Positions 54,065 through 61,757 of a stretch of 64,000 bases of DNA are shown piece by piece; the first letter of the stretch is position 1, and every line of letters begins with the position of its first letter. Source of the stretch: Candidatus Gottesmanbacteria bacterium RIFCSPHIGHO2_01_FULL_40_15 (GTDB lineage: Bacteria > Patescibacteriota > Microgenomatia > 2-02-FULL-39-11); assembly GCA_001779115.1 (NCBI GenBank), contig MFJF01000005.1, forward strand, positions 76,922 through 140,921, in the 5' to 3' direction. A program made the position numbers and the translations under genes. The notes under the pieces are model-generated. The model ran no database searches. It was not told where the DNA came from and was given only the letters and a program-made list of their open reading frames with translations.

Positions 54065-55168
54065 ATCAGGTTGTTTTATTATCGAGCAACTGTCATTTTT
54101 GAGATTGCAGGAAATAAATTCATGAATCTCTTCAAAAGTTCCTGAACGGGGTGCCAAAACCCATATTCCATCATACTGCCATAAAGGCGGATTGACCAGA
54201 AGTCCAGGAATATCCTTTGAAAGATCTCCCGTATCAAGCACTAAATGTCTGGCACTTATGTCCTGATTGAAATAAAGAAATTTACCCAAAGACATCATTT
54301 CGGCAAACGACATATCCGTCGTTAACGAATCATAAACAGTAGAGTAGATTTTTTTAAAAAGTCCAATATTTTTCAGACTGACAGTACTTTTTATTTTTTT
54401 GGCAATTGCGGTAATGACAAGCTGCTGACGCTGTGAACGGGAAAAATCATTACCCTGACCATTATCCAGAGAACCCCGGCTGCGGACGAATTTTAATGCC
54501 AAGGTGCCATCCATATTTTGGACACCTTTTTCAAACCGGACAGTTTCATACCGGCAGGTAAATTCCGGATCACTGCCCCCGCAGTTGTCATTTTCTTTAC
54601 CGGCTATGGGAAAAAGCTTATCTTCAAAAGGAGCGTTGACATTAATTTCAATTCCGCCTATGAGATCAATGACCTTCCGGAAAGCCTCAAAATCAAGAAT
54701 AAATCCATAAGAAACCGGCTTACCGACAACTTCAGATACGGAAGATTTGGCCAAAATAAGACCGCCTCCTTTTTTCTTTTTTTCACCGTAATAAAAGGAA
54801 GAGTTAATTTTTGTTTTAAGAGACGGTAACCAGACATCCCGGGGAATTGAAACCAAAAGAACTTCTTTTTTTGTAAAATCAATACTGCCAAAAATAATTG
54901 AATCCGTCAGCGTAGATCCGGCATGATTACCTCCGGAAATTCCCAAAATGACAAAATTTGTCCGGTTATCCGTAATTTTTATCCGTGGGGTTTTTTCCAA
55001 AAGAAGAGAAACCAGAGTAAAAGGGCTTATTTTTGTTTCGGAAATAAAATTTACCGCCGGACGCATAAGACCGATGACAAATAACAGAAGAGACAAAAAA
55101 ATTACTGTTAAAACAGCAAGTAAAAGAGGCAAGCGGTATTTGAGGAATTTTCTTTTAACCGGCGGCAT
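54059..55168 (-). CDS. LytR-CpsA-Psr (LCP) family cell-wall polymer transferase
   Basis: N-terminal TM helix. LCP core with FVILGISGG...TDSIIFGSIDFTKKEVLLVSIPRD. Confidence 0.85.
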   Translation of the reverse strand: MPPVKRKFLKYRLPLLLAVLTVIFLSLLLFVIGLMRPAVNFISETKISPFTLVSLLLEKTPRIKITDNRTNFVILGISGGNHAGSTLTDSIIFGSIDFTKKEVLLVSIPRDVWLPSLKTKINSSFYYGEKKKKGGGLILAKSSVSEVVGKPVSYGFILDFEAFRKVIDLIGGIEINVNAPFEDKLFPIAGKENDNCGGSDPEFTCRYETVRFEKGVQNMDGTLALKFVRSRGSLDNGQGNDFSRSQRQQLVITAIAKKIKSTVSLKNIGLFKKIYSTVYDSLTTDMSFAEMMSLGKFLYFNQDISARHLVLDTGDLSKDIPGLLVNPPLWQYDGIWVLAPRSGTFEEIHEFISCNLKNDSCSIIKQPDL

Positions 55169-55841
55169 TTATCAGCATTTTATAAAATGAAATCGGGTCG
55201 AGACTTGATTTGCCGGGTAAGACTCCGTCAATATATTCCTTTTCCATAAAACTTTTTATATTTTCGGATGTAACACTTCCGCCATAGATAACCGGAGTGT
55301 TTATATAATTTTTTTTAATTACGCCAATTGTCCGATTAGCGTTTTCCGGTGTATCGGGTTTTCCGGTGCCGATGGCAAAAACGGGCTCATAAGCAATAAC
55401 GGCAACTCCGTCCGGAACCGGAATTTTACTGTCAGGCACACAGTAAATAACTTTAAGTCCGTTTGTTAAAGCGTTTTTTGCTTTATCGGCCAAAATTTTT
55501 TCATTTTCGGCAAAATTACTTCTTCTTTCCGAGTGTCCGATTATGACATATCTGACATATTCCTTCAATTGGGAAGCGCTGACTTCACCGGTAAACGCAC
55601 CCTCACCGTAAGGTGAAATATTCTGAGCGCCAAGTTCTACCGGTAAATTATATTTTTTTATAAGATCCCGACTTAAAGGCAAATGGATATATGACGGACA
55701 AATAACTATTTTGGGAATTTTTAAGGGTATTTTTTTTATGTTCTTACATTTGTGAGCAAATATTTTCAAAAATCCAGCAACATCAGTTGAGTTTTTATTG
55801 GATTTCCAGTTACCGATTAAATATTTTTCAGCGGCTGACAT
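55155..55841 (-). CDS. tpiA: triosephosphate isomerase
   Basis: IGNWKSN, GHSERR and AYEPVFAIGTG motifs. The start is placed at the ATG at 55841; the track start at 55868 is the alternative. Confidence 0.9.
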   Translation of the reverse strand: MSAAEKYLIGNWKSNKNSTDVAGFLKIFAHKCKNIKKIPLKIPKIVICPSYIHLPLSRDLIKKYNLPVELGAQNISPYGEGAFTGEVSASQLKEYVRYVIIGHSERRSNFAENEKILADKAKNALTNGLKVIYCVPDSKIPVPDGVAVIAYEPVFAIGTGKPDTPENANRTIGVIKKNYINTPVIYGGSVTSENIKSFMEKEYIDGVLPGKSSLDPISFYKMLINAAG

Positions 55842-55866
55842 GTTATTATATAAATTCAATTGTACC

Positions 55867-57678
55867 ATGCGTCAAAAAATACTTAATAGCTTAAACAAAG
55901 AACAAAATGAAGCTGTTTTTGAAACTGAAGGACCGGTTCTTATTCTGGCCGGCGCCGGTTCGGGAAAAACAAGAGTTTTAACTTATAAAGTTGCATACCT
56001 GATTTCAGAAAAAAATATACCTGCCGAAAATATTCTGATGGTAACTTTTACCAACAAGGCAGCCAGGGAAATGAAAGACAGATTGGAGAAACTGACCGGA
56101 ATCCAAAGGAGTAAAATCAAAAATAATTTACCGGTCACATCAACCTATCATTCCTTTTGCGCGAGAATATTAAGAAGGGAAGGAAAACACCTGGGAATCA
56201 GTGCCAATTTTGTGATTTATGATGATTTGGACACCAAAGAAGCCATTTCCCAGGCTATGGAAAAACTGTCCATTGATAAAAAATCAGTATCTCCCCAGGC
56301 TTTGGCAGCAACAATCGCGAACGCAAAAAATGAATTAATTTCTTATTCCGAGTACCAGCAAATGGCCAGGGGATTTTTCCAAGAAACAGCAGCCCGCGTT
56401 TATCCGGTTTACCAGAATATTTTAAGGGAAAATTCAGCGCTTGATTTTGAAGATCTTATCTACCTGACCGTGGAATTGTTCCGGAAACAGCCTCTTATTT
56501 TATCTTATTACCAACAGCAATTCCGGTATATTCTGGTTGATGAATTCCAGGATACTAACAGAGCACAATATATTCTGACTCAGATGCTTGCCCAAAAATC
56601 AAAAAATATTACGGTTGTCGGGGATGCTTCACAAAGCATATATGCCTGGAGAGGAGCAGATTTTCGAAATATTCTTAATTTCAAAAAAGACTATATGAAA
56701 GTCAAAATTTTCAATCTGGAAAAAAATTACCGGTCAACCCAAATTATTCTGGATGCGGCTAATGCGGTTATCTCCAAAAATAAAAGCCATCCCGTTTTAA
56801 ATCTTTGGACTGATAAAATTTCCGGTGAAAGGATTACTGTATATAATGCCGCCAATGAACACGACGAAGCAAATTTTATAATTAATAATCTGGATGACGA
56901 GAATCTCTCCGGAACGGCAATTTTATACAGAACCAATGCCCAAAGCCGGATTATTGAAGAAGGACTTCTGCATCAGGGAATTCCTTATGAACTAGTCGGC
57001 GGAACAAGATTTTATGAAAGAAAAGAAATAAAGGATGTTTTGGCATATATCAGGTTATATGTAAATACGGCCGATTCTGTTTCATTAAAAAGGGCGCGGA
57101 AAATCGGCAAAAGAAGAACGGAAGATTTTTTTAAATTAAAGGAAAGTCTTAACAATAAAAGTGAGCCTGTTGACACCCTTACCCTACTGGACAAAATAGT
57201 CGAATCGACCAAGTATCTGTCTTTATATGATAAAAATAATCCTGAAGAACTGGCCCGGTTGGAAAATATCAAAGAATTAAGATCAGTAGCGGATGAATTC
57301 CCGAAAATTAATGAATTTTTGGAAACGGTTGCCCTGATTGAAAAAGAATATTCACCAGATCATCCGGCTTTAAAAAAGAACAATCAGAAAGTGACTTTAA
57401 TGACACTCCATGCAGCCAAAGGACTGGAATTTGAAAGAGTATTTATTATCGGTATGGAAGAAGGGTTGTTCCCCCATTCAATGTCACTTTTTGACCAGTA
57501 TGAATTGGAGGAAGAACGCCGGCTCTGTTATGTCGGAATTACCCGTGCCAAAAATAAGCTTTTTTTAACCTATGCCAGAAGAAGACTTTATTTCGGTCAG
57601 AGAATGTCCAATATGATTTCAAGGTTTATCAATGAACTGCCCGAGAACTTAACGGAAACAATCAATAATTTTATTTAG
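55867..57678 (+). CDS. UvrD/PcrA/Rep-family DNA helicase (compact)
   Basis: LNKEQNEAV, GAGSGKT (Walker A), DEFQDTN, and VGDASQSIYAWRGA. The track's N-terminal extension from 55798 is rejected. Confidence 0.85.
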   Translation: MRQKILNSLNKEQNEAVFETEGPVLILAGAGSGKTRVLTYKVAYLISEKNIPAENILMVTFTNKAAREMKDRLEKLTGIQRSKIKNNLPVTSTYHSFCARILRREGKHLGISANFVIYDDLDTKEAISQAMEKLSIDKKSVSPQALAATIANAKNELISYSEYQQMARGFFQETAARVYPVYQNILRENSALDFEDLIYLTVELFRKQPLILSYYQQQFRYILVDEFQDTNRAQYILTQMLAQKSKNITVVGDASQSIYAWRGADFRNILNFKKDYMKVKIFNLEKNYRSTQIILDAANAVISKNKSHPVLNLWTDKISGERITVYNAANEHDEANFIINNLDDENLSGTAILYRTNAQSRIIEEGLLHQGIPYELVGGTRFYERKEIKDVLAYIRLYVNTADSVSLKRARKIGKRRTEDFFKLKESLNNKSEPVDTLTLLDKIVESTKYLSLYDKNNPEELARLENIKELRSVADEFPKINEFLETVALIEKEYSPDHPALKKNNQKVTLMTLHAAKGLEFERVFIIGMEEGLFPHSMSLFDQYELEEERRLCYVGITRAKNKLFLTYARRRLYFGQRMSNMISRFINELPENLTETINNFI

Positions 57679-58077
57679 ACCGGCGTGATAAATATAGTCG
57701 GATCCTTTGGCATTTAAATAGATCAGGAATCCGGGCGTTATTACCTGAATATAGAATTTGTTTTTTTGCGGACAACCCAGACTGGTATCATTGAAATTTA
57801 TTTTTTCGACGGATACAACTTTTATGTCATTTCTGGCAACATCTGTTTTTCCCGCCAGATCACCTATTGCCAAATCTACGTAATTTTCCGTATCGTCATT
57901 TCCCCAGGGAGCAACTTTCAGGGAAGCTTGGAAACTGTTATTATTAACAGGCGTTATTCCTTTAATTAAAATCAATTTATTAAAGAGAGCAAGAAGAAAA
58001 AAAGGGAAAACAAGTACGGTAAATACAGTTAACAGTAAAAAAGTTTTTGAATTATTTTTCCTATTTTTTCCGGACAT
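57649..58077 (-). CDS. membrane-anchored hypothetical protein
   Basis: 142 aa with an N-terminal TM helix. The 3' end overlaps the helicase stop by about 30 nt. Confidence 0.4.
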   Translation of the reverse strand: MSGKNRKNNSKTFLLLTVFTVLVFPFFLLALFNKLILIKGITPVNNNSFQASLKVAPWGNDDTENYVDLAIGDLAGKTDVARNDIKVVSVEKINFNDTSLGCPQKNKFYIQVITPGFLIYLNAKGSDYIYHAGLNKIIDCFR

Positions 58078-58107
58078 CTCTTATATAATACCATTTAAAA
58101 AATTACC

Positions 58108-59121
58108 ATGATCGCCACAGTTTTTAAAGAAAAAAAAGAGGGATTTAACAGACTGGCGAGTCACCCACTCCAATCCTGGGAGTGGGGTGAATTCCGGCTG
58201 AAAACCGGAATTGAGGTTTTGAGGCTTGGTTTATTTTCCAAAAATAAATTGGTAGAAACCGCCCAAATCAGCCTCCATCAGATTCCCTTTACAGGGTACC
58301 GCATCGGTTATTTTCCCAAAGGGAATTTTCCTTCAAAAGAAATGCTTGACGAATTTATGAAAATCGGGGCTTCGGAAAATCTGATATTTATTAAAATCGA
58401 ACCGAATATTGAGAAAAAAAATCTGGTTATTTCAGATTTGAAAAAAGATTTTCCGGTCAAGGAATCACCCCATCCCCTTTTTACCCGGTATACTTTCCGG
58501 CTTAACATGAACCGAAGTGAGGACGAACTTTTGTCCGTTATGCATCATAAAACCAGATACAATATAAAACTGGCCGAAAAAAAGGGTGTTTATGTTGTTG
58601 AGGATAACAGTGATGAGGCTTTTAATAAATATCTTGCACTTTTGGATGAGACAACAGTGCGGCAAAAATTTTACGCGCATACCCCAAAATATCACCGATT
58701 GATGTGGGAAACATTAAAACCGGCAAAAATTGCCAGACTGCTTCTTGCCAAATATAAAGACCAGGGAGGTGAAAAAACACTGGTTGCCTGGGTGTTATTT
58801 CTTTTTAATAACGTCATGTATTATCCTTACGGAGCTTCATCTGCGGAATTTCGCAATCTTATGCCTTCCAATCTGATAATGTGGAAAGCAATAACCTACG
58901 CTAAAAAACATAAAGCCGAAACTTTTGACATGTGGGGAGCCTTGGGACCTAATCCCGATCCCAATGATCCCTGGTACGGTTTTCATAAATTCAAGGAAGG
59001 ATTCGGGGCAGATCTTACTGAACTGGCCGGCAGTTATGATTTGGTGATTAATAAGAAGGCATACTTATCTTATAATTTATTGCATAACTTCAGGGAATTG
59101 TATTTGAAAATGAAAAGATAA
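58108..59121 (+). CDS. FemAB-family peptidoglycan aminoacyl-transferase (GNAT fold)
   Basis: HPLQSWEWGEFRL at the N-terminus and GFHKFKEGFGAD at the C-terminus are FemABX hallmarks. Confidence 0.7.
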   Translation: MIATVFKEKKEGFNRLASHPLQSWEWGEFRLKTGIEVLRLGLFSKNKLVETAQISLHQIPFTGYRIGYFPKGNFPSKEMLDEFMKIGASENLIFIKIEPNIEKKNLVISDLKKDFPVKESPHPLFTRYTFRLNMNRSEDELLSVMHHKTRYNIKLAEKKGVYVVEDNSDEAFNKYLALLDETTVRQKFYAHTPKYHRLMWETLKPAKIARLLLAKYKDQGGEKTLVAWVLFLFNNVMYYPYGASSAEFRNLMPSNLIMWKAITYAKKHKAETFDMWGALGPNPDPNDPWYGFHKFKEGFGADLTELAGSYDLVINKKAYLSYNLLHNFRELYLKMKR

Positions 59122-59124
59122 GGA

Positions 59125-59994
59125 ATGCCTACAACTTCTTCCGATATCAGACAATCTGCCGAATTTGCCTCTTTTATGTCGGATATCGGCTGGCAAACGC
59201 TTAAGTTAAACGGGCAAAACTGTTATCTGAAAAAAATTCCCCTGTTGGGATTTTTCGCCAAGTGTCCGCGACCGGACAGCGCTAAAATCAAAGATGATAT
59301 TAACAGCTTAATCCGGGAAAAAAATATTTTCAGATTTAAGATTTCACCTTTTATCAGAATCAACCAACAAAACTATAAAAGCATCAGAGATAATCTGTTA
59401 AAGAAAGGATTTAAAATTGACCGCGATCCTTTTAATCCGACAACTTCCATAACTTTAGATCTTAAAAAAAGCGAAGAAATACTTTTTGCCCATATGAAGG
59501 AAGCCAAAAGAAGAGGGGTTAGGCGGGCGATTAAAAACGGCATTAAAGTCTTTATATCTGATGATATATCCGCTTTTATTGCAATAAGAAAGAGACAGTT
59601 TAACCCAATGGGATTTATTGTTGAAAAAGAAATGAAAATGCTCTGGAAAAATTTTTATCCCGGAAAAGCCACCCTGCTAATGGCCACCGGCAATAAAAAA
59701 ACTCTTGCCGGAATACTGCTTCTTTTCCATAAAAAATATGCTTACTACTGGTATGCATCTTCCCTGAATGAGGGCAAAAAATTATTTGCCCCGACCATGC
59801 TGGTTTGGGAAGCAATCAGGGAAGCAAAGAAAAAAAACTGCGAAATATTTGATTTTGAGGGCGTATATGACGACAGATTTCCCAAAGCTTCGGAAAACTG
59901 GCGCGGGTTTACTAAATTCAAAGAAGGATTTTCCGGCCGGAAAGTGATTTATATGGAGAATTTTTTTCTGAAAAGACCTATCATCAGATTATGA
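59125..59994 (+). CDS. second FemAB-family paralog (shorter)
   Basis: Shares the AHMKEAKRRGVRRAIKNG and GFTKFKEGFSGR blocks with the upstream Fem gene. Confidence 0.6.
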   Translation: MPTTSSDIRQSAEFASFMSDIGWQTLKLNGQNCYLKKIPLLGFFAKCPRPDSAKIKDDINSLIREKNIFRFKISPFIRINQQNYKSIRDNLLKKGFKIDRDPFNPTTSITLDLKKSEEILFAHMKEAKRRGVRRAIKNGIKVFISDDISAFIAIRKRQFNPMGFIVEKEMKMLWKNFYPGKATLLMATGNKKTLAGILLLFHKKYAYYWYASSLNEGKKLFAPTMLVWEAIREAKKKNCEIFDFEGVYDDRFPKASENWRGFTKFKEGFSGRKVIYMENFFLKRPIIRL

Positions 59995-60593
59995 TTGATG
60001 AAAAATTTATTATTTTCGGAGCTGTTTTAAGCTTTATCGGGCAAATCAGTTATCTCACCAACACAATTGGGGGAAAAGTGAAACCCAATAAAGTCACCTG
60101 GTTTTTCTGGGCATTGATTCCGCTTGTTGCTTTTGCCGCGGAAATAAAACAGGGAGTCGGCCTGGTATCTTTAATGACTTTTATGGTCGGATTCGGACCG
60201 CTGACTATTTTTATTGCTTCATTTGTCAATAAAAAATCTTATTGGAAAATTCACCCTCTGGATATTTTTTGCGGTTTTTTGTCAGTATCGGGCTTGGTAA
60301 TGTGGTTTTTAACAAAAAATGCCAATCTGGCAATAATGTTCAGCATTTTTGCCGACGGGACAGCCGGTGTGCCGACAGTCATAAAAGCTTCTATTGCCCC
60401 TGAAACGGAAAGCAGTACTATTTTCTTTCTGTCAGGAATTAATGCCTTAATTACACTTTTGGCAATAACGATCTGGGATTTTGCCCACTATGCTTTTCCA
60501 TTATATATATTTTTTCTGTGTTTTCTGATGGTAATACTCATTAAATTTAAAGCAGGAAAAATTCTAAGCAGGATTATTTCGAAAAGTAAATAA
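59991..60593 (+). CDS. polytopic membrane protein (hypothetical; about 6 TM helices)
   Basis: 200-aa hydrophobic protein. Its start overlaps the Fem paralog stop. Confidence 0.45.
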   Translation: MIDEKFIIFGAVLSFIGQISYLTNTIGGKVKPNKVTWFFWALIPLVAFAAEIKQGVGLVSLMTFMVGFGPLTIFIASFVNKKSYWKIHPLDIFCGFLSVSGLVMWFLTKNANLAIMFSIFADGTAGVPTVIKASIAPETESSTIFFLSGINALITLLAITIWDFAHYAFPLYIFFLCFLMVILIKFKAGKILSRIISKSK

Positions 60594-60934
60594 AAAAAAT
60601 GTCTTTCAGTTAAGATTGTTCTCTTGGGTTTTTCCCTAATACCCTTCTTCTGAATATGATTCCTCCCGGCAAAGGCGTCGGTTCATTTTCCTGCCCGTAA
60701 GCTTTTCCGATTTCATCCCAAATATCGATCTCTCTTGGTCTTCTTGCCTGTCTGATAATTTTTTTTGTTGGATCTATTTTACCCGGGATGACCAAACTTT
60801 CCATATTATTTCCAAGCATACCGACAGAATAGACTGAAGTTATAAGAGTTTTATATTCAAATTTTAAGAAACATAAAATAATATAATTCGGGAAGGATAT
60901 TTTTTACCTGGGTAAAAGCAGTACTCTTCAGGAT

Positions 60935-61714
60935 TTATATTTCGTTATCCAGCTCCAACCAGACAGAGGTGATTTGGGGAAGATCTTTTTTCACTTTTGC
61001 CATTAAAGCTTTGATACCGAACATTTCGGTATGATAATGTCCGCCGGCAATAAAATTTATTCCTGTCTCACGGAATAGTTCCCTATTCCATTCATGGACT
61101 TCGCCGGTTATAAATAGATCAATATTTTCATTTATAAGATAAGTCATATCAGACGGGTGGGGCGCTCCCTTGCCGGAAACCGCGACAATTTTTTTTAAAT
61201 TTTTCGGGCCGAAATCATAAAAAACCGACCGCGGAGAAAGATAGGGTTTTAAAGTATTTTTAACCGTTGTCAAACTGACATTATTAGCTTTTCCCATATA
61301 CCCCCAGGGCTGTTGTAAATGAAGGTATGGTTTTTCGGGAGTAAATCCCACTGTTTTTAGAATTGAGGCATTATTGCCGATTTCCGGATGGGCATCCAAG
61401 AGAAAATGGTACCCAAAAAGTGTGATGTTATTTTTTACCAGAAACCCGATTCTATTCTGGAAAATAAAATCATAAGAATTAATTTTTGGCAGATTGAATA
61501 CATGATGAACAATTAAGGCCCGGCAATTATTCTTTTGGGCTAATTTAAAAATTTCAACGGAGGCAGAGACGGCAAAACCGATTTTTCCGATTTCCCCGTT
61601 ACCTTTTACCGTTAAGCCGTTGGCCATGAAGGGATCAATTTTCCCAATATCCAGTCCGGGATCAAAAACCAACAGTTTTTCTAAATAATCATTCAATCGC
61701 TTAAGAGGAATCAC
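60935..61714 (-). CDS. Nif3-family (YqfO/DUF34) dinuclear metal-binding protein
   Basis: LIVHHVF, a His/Glu-rich metal site and a C-terminal HYHTE motif. The protein is 259 aa. Confidence 0.75.
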   Translation of the reverse strand: MIPLKRLNDYLEKLLVFDPGLDIGKIDPFMANGLTVKGNGEIGKIGFAVSASVEIFKLAQKNNCRALIVHHVFNLPKINSYDFIFQNRIGFLVKNNITLFGYHFLLDAHPEIGNNASILKTVGFTPEKPYLHLQQPWGYMGKANNVSLTTVKNTLKPYLSPRSVFYDFGPKNLKKIVAVSGKGAPHPSDMTYLINENIDLFITGEVHEWNRELFRETGINFIAGGHYHTEMFGIKALMAKVKKDLPQITSVWLELDNEI

Positions 61715-61757
61715 AACTTTATTACTATAAACAAAAAACTAAAAACTGACAACTTCA

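Noticed and set aside
60610-60819. 69-aa minus-strand ORF and 33264..33479 71-aa plus-strand ORF as genes
   Set aside because: They have no homology, unusual composition, and no RBS (33264 has only a -10-like TATAAT just upstream). They were left out of the feature list as unsupported, though they could be real leaderless small proteins.
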